Source: an uncultured Acidimicrobiaceae bacterium (GTDB lineage Bacteria; Actinomycetota; Acidimicrobiia; Acidimicrobiales; Bog-793). From it: a stretch of 64,000 nucleotides of DNA. Positions 10,042-17,693 of this stretch are shown piece after piece. The position numbers and the translations under genes are program-made. Below the pieces are notes generated by a model that saw only the letters and a program-made list of their open reading frames with translations, searched no databases and had not been told where the DNA came from. Positions within the stretch are counted from its first letter, which is position 1. Every line of letters starts with the position of its first letter. The stretch spans positions 64,233-128,232 of the forward strand of contig CAVSHA010000011.1 of assembly GCA_963727645.1 (NCBI GenBank), written 5' to 3'.

Positions 10042-10269
10042 GGGTGCTACATAAGCACCACCTTTGAATGCCTGCTCGCAATCGGAACCGGCGCGGATGC
10101 TCGGCTGGCATCGCGAGGCTCAAAGGCGGCGGCGCCTGCGCGCTGGGCCGGCGACTCGAACGCCGGCCCGAGCCCTGCCGGCTGGTCCACGTCGGACCCG
10201 TAAGTCCTGTTCAGAGGCCACTTTGAAGCAGCCGAGCGTCCGGGCCGGGGCGGGGATCGCCACGAGGGC

Positions 10270-10485
10270 CTACCTGAGCTTCTCGGCCCATGGCAGGTTC
10301 AGCCATGCTTCCACTTGATCGAGGTCGACGTTCTCCAAGACGACAACGCTCCGGTGCTCGTTGATGAGGCACCATCGGCCGCAGTCAGGTCCGCCCGGGT
10401 CGCGGCGTCGTGACTTCCGCAACTTGAACCCCTGCATCGCGGCTGCTCGTCTGAGTCGGTTCTCTCTTGTCCTGTTCTCTGCCAT
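10270..10485 (-). CDS. hypothetical small basic protein
   Basis: 71-aa ORF; the composition is protein-like in its second half (WCLINEHRSVVVLENVDLDQVEAWL). No family recognised. Confidence 0.35.
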   Translation of the reverse strand: MAENRTRENRLRRAAAMQGFKLRKSRRRDPGGPDCGRWCLINEHRSVVVLENVDLDQVEAWLNLPWAEKLR

Positions 10486-10676
10486 CGTCGCTCGGCTCCG
10501 CCACGTCCGTTCTCCACTTGCCTAGAGCATCGCGCTCCCGGCTGCGACCCGGCGTCGGCGCGTGGCTGCGGCCCCACAAACGAGGAGACTTTCGCCTCTA
10601 CCCCGACCCCGGCCGTGACCATTTCCCTGCCCTCATGAAAGAGGGTGGAATTGCCCCGTTTCGACGGACAGGTTGA

Positions 10677-10892
10677 TTATGCCGCTTGAGTTTCCTTGCG
10701 GGTCGAGCTCGTGCTGCGCCTCTCGTACTCGACCGGGGTGAGATTGCCGAGCGAGCTGTGCATCCGCTGGCGGTTGTAGAAGACCTCGATGAACTCGAAG
10801 ACCGCCCGCTGAGCCAGCGAACGCGTCGGCCAGGACTGGCGGTAGATGAGCTCTTCTTTGAGCGTCGCGAACCAGCTCTCGGCCACAGCGTT
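10677..10892 (-). pseudogene. IS3 OrfB transposase, C-terminal fragment (NAVAESWF...NRQRMHSSLGNLTPVEYE)
   Basis: Contains the rve-domain C-terminal motifs, including the AVAES Glu region. It continues the frame of 14202..14891 once 10893..14201 is removed. Confidence 0.85.
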
Positions 10893-10945
10893 GGACCGCG
10901 CCGTCAACTACGCCGGATTGCGGAGCTGAACGACAGACAGTCAGG

Positions 10946-11206
10946 GTGACCCATCCCTTCCATCCATGGTCAGGCCTGGAGTTCGTGTTCATCAGCCTGC
11001 GTCGCACCTGGGGGGAGGATCGGGTGTTCTTCTTCACCGGTGGCGGCAGGCAGACGTCCCTGCCCACGGCATGGACCGATGCCGCTCAGCCAGATGTCTT
11101 CGTGGCGCTGGCGGATGGACGCTGTCCGTTCCGCATTGAGGATCTGCTCATCCTGGTGGACCTCGTGGATGGGCTTCACGCCGACCTCAGCAGCGGCGGA
11201 GTGTAA
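10946..11206 (+). CDS. LSR-element accessory protein A (86 aa), homologous to the N-terminal region of ORF 26522..26959 in LSR-E2
   Basis: Shared motifs by eye: HPFxxxxGxEF/L, SLPxAWTD, and DLLxxxxxVDxL. Confidence 0.55.
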   Translation: MTHPFHPWSGLEFVFISLRRTWGEDRVFFFTGGGRQTSLPTAWTDAAQPDVFVALADGRCPFRIEDLLILVDLVDGLHADLSSGGV

Positions 11207-11313
11207 GGAGGATTTCGCCGACTGTGACAGGACGATTATGCCGTCGACTACTGAACTGGTCCTTGTCGGTGTGAGGAATACCCATGAAATAAGCCTAAGT
11301 AACGCCTAGATGC

Positions 11314-11341
11314 TTGACACGACTTAGATTGTCGGCATAAT
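11314..11341 (+). promoter_or_regulatory. candidate sigma-70-type promoter for the LSR-E1 operon (TTGACA-N16-CATAAT)
   Basis: TTGACA at 11314-11319 and CATAAT at 11336-11341, in the only AT-rich stretch of the element, 34 bp upstream of the RBS and ATG at 11375. The -10 overlaps one arm of the inverted repeat ATTATGCCG (11235-11243 / 11333-11341). Confidence 0.45.
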
Positions 11342-11374
11342 GATACTTACATTCATGTGATTCGGGAGGTCGCC

Positions 11375-11851
11375 ATGGCGAAAGGCAGGGAGGATCCGAA
11401 GGTGGGGGCACTGCGTGCCGAGCGAAGCTTGAACCCCCACCCGGAATCGGTCACCGACGGCCGCTTTGCGGCCTCGGACTTCTTCGACGCCAGAGATCTG
11501 GTCCAGGTCAAGTACGAGATGGTTCGCCGGGTCCGAGTCGAGGGCGACGCCGTGAGTCGCACTGCCTCCGCCTTCGGCCTGTCCCGCCCCACGTTCTACG
11601 AGGCGGCCGCTGCGCTCGATGCCGGCGGGCTGCCCGGGCTCGTTCCCGCCCGCCCCGGGCCTCGTCGTGCACACAAGCTCACCGACGAGGTGGTCGCCTT
11701 CGTGCGCGATCACCTCGAAGCCGATCCATCGGCACGGCCAGCCGATCTCGTCGAGGTCATCGCCGATCGCTTCGGGGTGAGGGTCCATCCCCGCTCGATC
11801 GAGCGGGCGCTCGCCCGGGCCCCCCACCCCAAAAGTGGAGGCTCCAAGTGA
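11375..11851 (+). CDS. helix-turn-helix DNA-binding protein (transposase-OrfA-like wHTH) of LSR-E1
   Basis: GGGAGG lies 5 nt upstream of the ATG at 11375. HTH segment SRTASAFGLSRPTFYEAAAAL, and a second wHTH-like segment LVEVIADRFGVRVHPRSIERAL. Confidence 0.65.
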   Translation: MAKGREDPKVGALRAERSLNPHPESVTDGRFAASDFFDARDLVQVKYEMVRRVRVEGDAVSRTASAFGLSRPTFYEAAAALDAGGLPGLVPARPGPRRAHKLTDEVVAFVRDHLEADPSARPADLVEVIADRFGVRVHPRSIERALARAPHPKSGGSK

Positions 11852-12107
11852 GCCGCTCGACGACCAAAGCGTGGAGCGCTACGAGATGCTGCGAGGCCAT
11901 GCGCTCGACGGAGCGGAGTCGGGCTGGCGTCTCGGGCTCGCGCTGCTCCAGCGATCCGGCATGGCAGCTTGGGCGAGAGCGTCACGAAGCATCGACACCC
12001 GAGCACCCCTCCGACCGACTCGGGCAGCTGCCCAGCCCGATGCCGACGGCGAGGCGATCGTCGCCGTGCTCACCGCCATGGCTCTGGCCTGCGTGGGAGA
12101 TCGGTGA
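11835..12107 (+). CDS. LSR-element accessory protein (90 aa)
   Basis: Its start overlaps the HTH gene stop and it ends 3 nt before the LSR start. The C-terminal EAIVAVLTAMALA resembles ERLAVVSTLARLM in the LSR-E2 ORF 26503..26715. Confidence 0.45.
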   Translation: MEAPSEPLDDQSVERYEMLRGHALDGAESGWRLGLALLQRSGMAAWARASRSIDTRAPLRPTRAAAQPDADGEAIVAVLTAMALACVGDR

Positions 12108-12110
12108 GTC

Positions 12111-14189
12111 GTGATCGCCGACACCTCCTCCAAGGTCAACTCTTCACATCTGGCGCGCACCGCTTATCTGTACGTCCGTCAGTCCACCCTGCGCCAAGTG
12201 ATCAACAACACCGAGTCCGCCACTCGCCAATATGCCCTGCGCCAACGTGCCGTCGCCCTCGGCTGGCCGGCCGAGCAGATCGTTGTCATCGACACCGACC
12301 AGGGACACTCTGGCGCGTCAGCCGCCGACCGGGAAGGCTTCCAGCGTCTCGTGGCCGAAGTCGGCATGGGCCGTGCCGGGATCGTCCTCGGCCTCGAGGT
12401 CTCGCGTCTCGCCCGGAACAATGCCGACTGGCATCGCCTGCTCGAGATCTGTGCCCTTTCTGGCACCCTCATCTGCGACGAGGACGGCCTCTACGACCCG
12501 GCTGATTTCAACGACCGCCTGCTGCTCGGCCTGAAGGGGACGATGTCGGAGGCCGAGCTCCACTTCATCCGTGCGCGCCTTCGCGGTGGTCAGCTCTCCA
12601 AAGCGCGTCGAGGCGAGCTGCCGATGGTCCCTCCGGTGGGGCTCGTCTACGATGCCGCCGCCAAGCTCGTCCTCGACCCGGACAACGGGGTGCAGCAGGC
12701 GGTCCGGCACCTGTTCGCCACCTTCGCCCGAACAGGCTCGGCACGCGCTGTCGTGCAGGCCTTCAACGAGGAAGGCCTGCAGTTCCCTGCCCGCGTCCGC
12801 AGCGGGCTTCATAAGGGCGAGCTCGCCTGGATGCCGCTGCGCCACTGGCGCGTGCTGCGGACGCTCCACAACCCACGCTATGCGGGCGCGTTCGTCTATG
12901 GCCGCCGCCGAGAGATCAGAGGACCGAACGGTCGGATCCGTCACGAGAGCGTGCCCCGGGACAAGTGGATCGCCCTCATTCAGGACTCGCATCCCGGCTA
13001 CATCACCTGGGAGCAGTTCGAGACCAACCAGGCACTGCTTGCTCAGAACGCCCAGGCGCATGGTGCCGACAGGGTGGCGGGCCCTGCACGCGAAGGTCCT
13101 GCGCTCCTTCAGGGCCTTGTTGTCTGTGGTCGGTGTGGGCGGCGGATGACCGTCCGATACCACGAGCGCCGTGACGGTCCAGTGCCCGAATACAACTGCA
13201 TCGGTGAGGCCATCCAAGCCGGCGCCCGCCGCTGCCTCACCATTCCCGGTGCAGGAGTCGACGAGGCGATCAGCCAACTCCTGCTCGATACACTCACACC
13301 GCTCGCACTCGAGGTCGCCCTCAAGGTGCAGTGCGAACTGGAAGCTCGCTCCGATGAAGCCGACGGGCTGAGGAAAACTCACGTCGAGCGGGCGCGCCAT
13401 CGCGCCGAGCTGGCAAGGCGTCGCTACTTGTCGGTCGATCCTGACAACCGGCTCGTGGCCGACACCCTCGAAGCCGACTGGAACGACTCGCTGCGCCAGC
13501 TCCAAAGCGCGCAGGACGATTACGAACGAGCAAGCGCTGCAACAAGAGGCGCTCTCAGTGAAGAACACAAGGCTCGCATTCGCCAACTTGCGACCGACTT
13601 CCCCATGTTGTGGTCGAACCCGGCCACTCCGCAGCGCGAACGCAAGCGAATGATCCGCCTCCTCATCGAGGACGTCACTCTCGCCAAGGCAGGCATGATC
13701 CACGTTCACGTTCGCTTCCGCGGCGGGCAGACGACGAGTCTCGTCCTGCCGCCGCCACTACCGGCCTGGAAGATCCGCCAGACCGATCCGGAGGCCATCG
13801 CCCTTCTCGGACACCTGCTCGACGAGCACACCGACCTCGAGGTGGCGACGGCGCTCAACGCCGCGGGCCATCATTCCGGACTCGGAAAGCCCTTCACCGC
13901 CCGCATCGTGCTCGAGCTACGCCGCAGCAACCATCTCCCGAGCCACGCCGAGCGCCTGCGTGCTCGCGGGCTTCTCAACCTCGGCGAGGTGGCACAGCGG
14001 CTCTCTGTCAGCACGGCGACTGTCAAGAAGTGGGACCAGGCCGGTCTGCTCGAGAGCTTCAGAGCGAACGACAAGAACGAACGGCTCTACGCTCCGCCGA
14101 GGCCCGATGACCCGAGACTCGTGAAATGCATGGGAAGCAAGCTCGAACGTCGAGTTCTGATCGAATCGACGACAGGAGGTGCAGTGTGA
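12111..14189 (+). CDS. large serine recombinase (LSR1, 692 aa)
   Basis: Resolvase catalytic N-domain (AYLYVRQSTLRQ with the Ser nucleophile, LEVSRLARNNADWHRLLE). Recombinase domain and zinc ribbon (CGRCGRRMTVRY...EYNC). Coiled-coil region and a C-terminal MerR/excisionase-like HTH (LNLGEVAQRLSVSTATVKKW). Confidence 0.92.
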   Translation: MIADTSSKVNSSHLARTAYLYVRQSTLRQVINNTESATRQYALRQRAVALGWPAEQIVVIDTDQGHSGASAADREGFQRLVAEVGMGRAGIVLGLEVSRLARNNADWHRLLEICALSGTLICDEDGLYDPADFNDRLLLGLKGTMSEAELHFIRARLRGGQLSKARRGELPMVPPVGLVYDAAAKLVLDPDNGVQQAVRHLFATFARTGSARAVVQAFNEEGLQFPARVRSGLHKGELAWMPLRHWRVLRTLHNPRYAGAFVYGRRREIRGPNGRIRHESVPRDKWIALIQDSHPGYITWEQFETNQALLAQNAQAHGADRVAGPAREGPALLQGLVVCGRCGRRMTVRYHERRDGPVPEYNCIGEAIQAGARRCLTIPGAGVDEAISQLLLDTLTPLALEVALKVQCELEARSDEADGLRKTHVERARHRAELARRRYLSVDPDNRLVADTLEADWNDSLRQLQSAQDDYERASAATRGALSEEHKARIRQLATDFPMLWSNPATPQRERKRMIRLLIEDVTLAKAGMIHVHVRFRGGQTTSLVLPPPLPAWKIRQTDPEAIALLGHLLDEHTDLEVATALNAAGHHSGLGKPFTARIVLELRRSNHLPSHAERLRARGLLNLGEVAQRLSVSTATVKKWDQAGLLESFRANDKNERLYAPPRPDDPRLVKCMGSKLERRVLIESTTGGAV

Positions 14190-14201
14190 AGCCAAGCCCT
14201 T

Positions 14202-14891
14202 GTCCCAGCACTGTCGGGGTCTCGAGAGCGACTGGCGGATGCCGTTCTTTTCGAGGAGCTCCCGGAAATCACTTGATGTGTACTGCGATCCGCGGTCTGA
14301 ATGGAAGATGAGCCCAGGTTCTGGCCGGCGCAGATCGATCGCCATCTTAAGCGCGTCGCAGACGAGATCGGCCCGCATGTGCTCGGCCATGGCGAAGCCG
14401 ACGACGCGCCGGGAGGCGAAGTCGATCACGGTCGCGAGGTACAGCCAGCCCTCCCAGGTGCGCACGTAGGTGATGTCGCCGCACCAGGCCGTGTCGATCT
14501 CGCGCACGCCGACCCCGAACTCACGACAGATGAGGTCGATCGCTTTCGTCTCGGCGTCCGGATCCGGGATCGTCGTCTTCTTGAACCGGCGCCTGCAGCG
14601 CCCGACAAGACCGTGGAGTGCCATGAGACGGGCGACTCGCTTCCGGCCAGCACAGACTCCCCGGTCTTTGAGCTTGCCCGTAATCCGGGGCGCCCCATAG
14701 GTCCCACGGGAAGCCTTGTGGATCTCGGTGATCTTCTCGAACAGCTCGGCGTCGGACAACTCCCGGGCGGATGGCTCTTTCGCGGACCACTCGTAGTAGG
14801 CGGTTCGGGAGACCTCGAGCAGCCGGCACGCCATGGCGACGTTGCCGTCCTGCTCAGCCTTTTCCGCCTCGACGAACGGGTAGACGTTCAC
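14202..14891 (-). pseudogene. IS3 OrfB transposase, N-terminal part (ends ...SLSRPRQCWD)
   Basis: HTH_21/rve motifs (YGAPRITGKL, WCGDITYVRTWEGWLYLATVIDFASRRVVG, FHSDRGSQYTS). The tracked ORF 13917..14891 reads through into LSR-E1 sequence after CWD. Confidence 0.88.
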
Positions 14892-15202
14892 CGGGTCTCC
14901 TTGGCGAAAAAAGCTGTCGCGCGCCTCAAGAGGTCGCGCTCTTCGCGCAGCACCCTGTTCTCTTTCCGGAGCGCCACCAGCTCGGCGTGCTCCTCTGTCG
15001 TCAGCCCAGGACGCCGGCCCGTGTCGATCTCGGCCTGGGCGACCCAGCGGCGTACCGCCGTCTCGCCGATGCCGAGGTCACGGGCAACCTGGGCGATCGA
15101 CTTGCCGCTGGTGCGGCACAGCTCGACCACCTCGGTCTTGTACTCGTCGGAGAACGACCGTCGTGGCCGTCTCCCGTTTCCCATGATCTCCATGATGGAC
15201 AT
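14888..15202 (-). CDS. IS3 OrfA (HTH, leucine-zipper-type)
   Basis: 104 aa: RRSFSDEYKTEVVELCRTSGKSIAQVARDLGIGETAVRRWV, then LRKENRVLREERDLLRRATAFFAKE, typical of IS3 OrfA. Confidence 0.9.
   Translation of the reverse strand: MSIMEIMGNGRRPRRSFSDEYKTEVVELCRTSGKSIAQVARDLGIGETAVRRWVAQAEIDTGRRPGLTTEEHAELVALRKENRVLREERDLLRRATAFFAKETR
14906..14914 (-). promoter_or_regulatory. programmed -1 ribosomal frameshift site T TTT TTC joining OrfA to OrfB
   Basis: The minus strand reads gcT TTT TTC gcc in the orfA frame. A -1 slip gives FFRQGDPVNVYPFVE, which is the orfB frame. Confidence 0.7.
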
Positions 15203-15265
15203 CCTTTCCGGGCGATGTCGCCCGATCGTGGATGTCCGTCAAAGCGGGTCAAGCCCACGTGGACA

Positions 15266-15378
15266 GGGTTCCTACTATCCTGCCCTCATGAAAGAGGGGG
15301 GCGGGGTTCCTACTATCCTGCCCTCATGAAAGAGGGGGGCGGGGTGCCTGCTGTCCTGCGCTCATGAAAAAGGGGGGC
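15266..15378. repeat. tandem array of about 38 bp x3 carrying the hairpin CCCTCATGAAAGAGGG; a fourth copy lies at 10617..10645 on the other side of the IS3
   Basis: Units at about 15265-15302 and 15303-15340 (near identical) and 15341-15378 (diverged). CCTGCCCTCATGAAAGAGGG also occurs at 10626-10645 in the same orientation. Confidence 0.85.
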
Positions 15379-15384
15379 TGAGTC

Positions 15385-15885
15385 ATGCGTTTCTTCATTG
15401 AGGACTCGGTTGACGTTTCGTGTCCGTTCGAAATGGTGCGGCGGCGCTTTGTCGGTGACGGGACCTGGCTTGCTTCCTTTGCCACCGAAGCAGAGGGCGA
15501 AGGCGAAGCGCTTTACCTTCGCATCGGACCGTCGTGGGCGAGCGGGCGGGTCGAGAGGGAAGTCCGCGTGACGCACGGGGCACTTCGTGACCTCGGGGTC
15601 GCCGTGGTCGTGCCTGTCTCCTGGCAGTCGAGCGGACTGCCTGCGCTCTTTCCCGTGCTCGAAGGCGAGGTAGAGATCCTCCCGCTGAACACGGACCGCT
15701 GCCGTGTCTCGCTCTTTGCTTTCTACGAGCCTCCGTTCGGCCAGCTCGGAGGGCAGCTCAATCGGGCGCTACTGCACCACGTGGCCCAGTCGACAGTACG
15801 CTCCTTCCTCGCGCGTGTGGCCGAGAAGCTTGAGACCGAGAGTCGCGGGCTACGGCCGGTGGTATCCCCGTCGCGGCAGGGTTGA
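15385..15885 (+). CDS. hypothetical protein (possibly SRPBCC-fold)
   Basis: 166-aa ORF with protein-like composition. The family assignment is a guess from size and pattern only. Confidence 0.4.
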   Translation: MRFFIEDSVDVSCPFEMVRRRFVGDGTWLASFATEAEGEGEALYLRIGPSWASGRVEREVRVTHGALRDLGVAVVVPVSWQSSGLPALFPVLEGEVEILPLNTDRCRVSLFAFYEPPFGQLGGQLNRALLHHVAQSTVRSFLARVAEKLETESRGLRPVVSPSRQG

Positions 15886-15976
15886 TCGACCTGACCATTG
15901 CCGCGACGATCGATCGCGTGGCGAGCAGTCGTCACACGTCATGCTCGAGGTAGGCCCATTGCGCTCCTCGGGCCGA

Positions 15977-16327
15977 TCAGCCCTTCACGTACGACAGCTT
16001 TTCGGCGACCTTGCCGTCTCGCACCCGGAAGACATCCACTCCACGTACGTGGCCACCACTCCAGGAGTACCGCCATCGCTGCACGACTCGGTCACCGGCG
16101 GAGAAGACTTCCTCCTGCTCGAACCAGGCGTGGCTGTCGGCGAAGATGGGGCCCCAGGCGCGTCTGATCGCTTCGTGGCCGACATGGCGCATCCCGTCAG
16201 GGGCCGGTCCGGTGGAATCAAAGACACAGTCGTCGGTGACAAGAACCAAGGCGGCCTCGAGGTCGTGCGCCGCCCACGCCATGCCAAAATCCTCCACGAC
16301 GCTGAGCGCGTCCGTCACTACCTCCAA
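15977..16327 (-). CDS. SnoaL-like / NTF2-fold family protein
   Basis: 116 aa. The pattern AWAAHDLEAALVLVTDDCVFD...G..A.R..W...F...........F..GDRVV..W......G.....GVDVFRVRDGKVAEKLSYVKG is typical of SnoaL_2 proteins. Confidence 0.7.
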   Translation of the reverse strand: MEVVTDALSVVEDFGMAWAAHDLEAALVLVTDDCVFDSTGPAPDGMRHVGHEAIRRAWGPIFADSHAWFEQEEVFSAGDRVVQRWRYSWSGGHVRGVDVFRVRDGKVAEKLSYVKG

Positions 16328-16332
16328 GCCTC

Positions 16333-16686
16333 TTACTTGGCGTAACTACTGGCGCCGAACCAGTCGACGGTCACGACCGGCTCATCGCCCACGACCCATG
16401 CGTCGTGGCCGCTGGGAAGGCAGGTGACATCTCCGGGCCCTGCGACGAACTCGCTGCCGTCGTCCATGTGGATCGCGAGGCGCCCGCTCACGTGGTACTG
16501 GAAGTGGGGAGCGAGACAGCTCTCGGTGCCGGCAATGGGCTTCACATCGTTGGACCAGCGCCATCCCGGCGCGAAGACGAGGCGCCCCACTTCACCGCCG
16601 CCGATTCTCACGATCTCCGCCCTGCCGTTCGGGAATTCGCGTACCTCGTCGGCCTTCTCGAAGCTGCGATGCTCGGTCTGTTGCAT
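16333..16686 (-). CDS. cupin domain protein
   Basis: 117 aa with the cupin motifs HFQYHVSGRLAIHMDDGSEFVAGPGDVTCLPSGHDAWVVG. Confidence 0.75.
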   Translation of the reverse strand: MQQTEHRSFEKADEVREFPNGRAEIVRIGGGEVGRLVFAPGWRWSNDVKPIAGTESCLAPHFQYHVSGRLAIHMDDGSEFVAGPGDVTCLPSGHDAWVVGDEPVVTVDWFGASSYAK

Positions 16687-16733
16687 ATTCGAGCCCCCCT
16701 TTATGCGCTCGCGTTGACCTTACCCAGTTAGAG

Positions 16734-16751
16734 TTACCTACTAGTAAGTAA
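16734..16751. promoter_or_regulatory. candidate TetR operator: 18-bp near-perfect palindrome TTACCTACTAGTAAGTAA
   Basis: Located in the cupin/TetR divergent intergenic region, ending 1 nt before the TetR ATG (16753). 16 of 18 positions are self-complementary. Confidence 0.5.
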
Positions 16752-16752
16752 A

Positions 16753-17376
16753 ATGTCAAGAGGCTTCGAGGGCGGAGGTAAGGTGGCAGTCCGAAGCGGA
16801 ACCAGTGACACGAGCACCGCCTCGCGGATCCTCGATGTCGGGGAGCGCCTAGTCCAAACGCGCGGCTACAACGCTTTCAGCTATGCCGACGTCGCGGCCG
16901 AGCTTGATGTGACCAAGGCTGCGCTCCACTACCACTTCCCAGGCAAAGCGGAGCTCGGCGAAGCGCTCCTCAGGCGTTACGTGGCGCGTTTCGCTGACGC
17001 GTTGACCACGATTGACGCGGAAGTTGTGGATGCTCCGCGAAAGATCGCCTCCTACGCCGAGTTGTACGCAGATGTGCTGCAGCGCGGGCGGATGTGCCTG
17101 TGCGGGATGATGGCTGCCGAGTTCGAAACCCTTCCCGAGCCAATGCGGGCGCTTGTCGTCGGGTTCTTCGACGACAACGAGATCTGGCTGTCCAAGGTGC
17201 TGGAACAAGGGCGCCGAGACGGATCACTCACGTTCCCCGGCTCGACGAGGCAAGCCGCACGTTTCGCGATCGCGGCCCTGGAAGGCTCCATGCTCGTCGC
17301 CCGTCCTTTTGGCGGTGTCATGCGATTCCGCAAAGCCGTGAGCAGCTTGGTTGCTGGCCTGAGAACCCATGTGTAA
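16753..17376 (+). CDS. TetR/AcrR family transcriptional regulator
   Basis: HTH RILDVGERLVQTRGYNAFSYADVAAELDVTKAALHYHFPGKAELGEALL, with a helical C-terminal domain. Confidence 0.88.
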   Translation: MSRGFEGGGKVAVRSGTSDTSTASRILDVGERLVQTRGYNAFSYADVAAELDVTKAALHYHFPGKAELGEALLRRYVARFADALTTIDAEVVDAPRKIASYAELYADVLQRGRMCLCGMMAAEFETLPEPMRALVVGFFDDNEIWLSKVLEQGRRDGSLTFPGSTRQAARFAIAALEGSMLVARPFGGVMRFRKAVSSLVAGLRTHV

Positions 17377-17454
17377 GGCAGCGCTCCCGTCCAGACTGGC
17401 CACGCTGCCGGGAGCCTGGACGGCGAACAGCGGTTCGCTGACCAGGGAGAAGCT

Positions 17455-17477
17455 AGTGCCCGGAGCGGGACTTGAAC
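17455..17477. repeat. distal att site of the island (copy of the tRNA-Leu 3' end)
   Basis: Identical 23-mer to 29448-29470. There is no tRNA body next to it. Confidence 0.85.
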
Positions 17478-17594
17478 TCCGACCAAGCCCATCCTGGCTT
17501 ATCCCTCCAAATGACGTTGTGGCTGCTCAGTGGTTGTTTCCGGCAGCTGTCATACCGCTTTGGGAGGGTCCGTCCCGGTCGATCCCGGCGCGTT

Positions 17595-17613
17595 TGTGAT
17601 CATTTTGTGATCA
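17595..17613. repeat. two TGTGATCA motifs (candidate integrase arm-type sites) at the distal island end
   Basis: TGTGATCAttttGTGATCA at 17595-17613. The same octamer occurs 3 times at 29342-29378. Confidence 0.5.
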
Positions 17614-17663
17614 CGAAGCCCCGCTCTGGCGATCCTGGGGGACCAGAACGCCGAGCCACGATC

Positions 17664-17693
17664 TCGTATATACGACGCCTACATCGTATATAC
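17664..17693. promoter_or_regulatory. candidate VapB operator: TCGTATATAC x2 spaced 20 bp start-to-start
   Basis: Two identical 10-mers, each containing the palindrome GTATATAC, lie immediately upstream of the vapB GTG at 17701. Confidence 0.5.

Larger units (their letters stand above)
10893..14201 (+). mobile_element. LSR-E1: 3309-bp cargo-less large-serine-recombinase element integrated in the IS3 orfB gene
   Basis: Deleting 10893..14201 restores TGC TGG GAC AAC GCT GTG GCC (CWDNAVA) on the minus strand. Both junctions carry TT(G). The joined ends form an imperfect 19-2-19 inverted repeat. It encodes orf86, an HTH protein, orf90 and the LSR. Confidence 0.8.
10646..15265 (-). mobile_element. 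IS3-family insertion sequence (about 1.3 kb net) interrupted by the 3.3-kb LSR-E1 element
   Basis: The ends read TG...CA. The imperfect terminal inverted repeats are TGGAATTGCCCCGTTTCGACGGACA (10646-) and the reverse complement TGGGCTTGACCCGCTTTGACGGACA near 15233-15257, matching at 20 of 25 positions. Candidate 3-bp target duplication GGG at 10643-10645 and 15266-15268. It has orfA, orfB and a slippery site. Confidence 0.8.

Noticed and set aside
10673-10684. Third copy of ATTATGCCG near the IS3 end as part of the LSR-E1 regulatory repeat
   Set aside because: It lies outside LSR-E1, within the IS3 orfB stop-codon region. A single 9-mer match is most simply coincidence.
12318-13709. 463-aa minus-strand ORF inside LSR-E1
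   Set aside because: It is antisense to the well-supported LSR1 gene and has no recognisable motifs. It is a typical high-GC shadow ORF.
13917-14201. C-terminal ~95 aa of the tracked IS3 orfB ORF (13917..14891)
   Set aside because: After ...RPRQCWD the frame reads through into LSR-E1 DNA, antisense to LSR1. The genuine OrfB continuation (NAVAESWF...) is at 10892 and below.
15266-15378. CRISPR array
   Set aside because: The repeat units are directly contiguous with no spacers, there are only three copies, and no cas genes are present in the window.
17455-17535. Possible second tRNA gene suggested by GAGCGGGACTTGAAC
   Set aside because: Only the 3' 21 nt of tRNA-Leu are present, and no D-arm, anticodon arm or acceptor partner follows. 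It is interpreted as the distal att repeat of the island.
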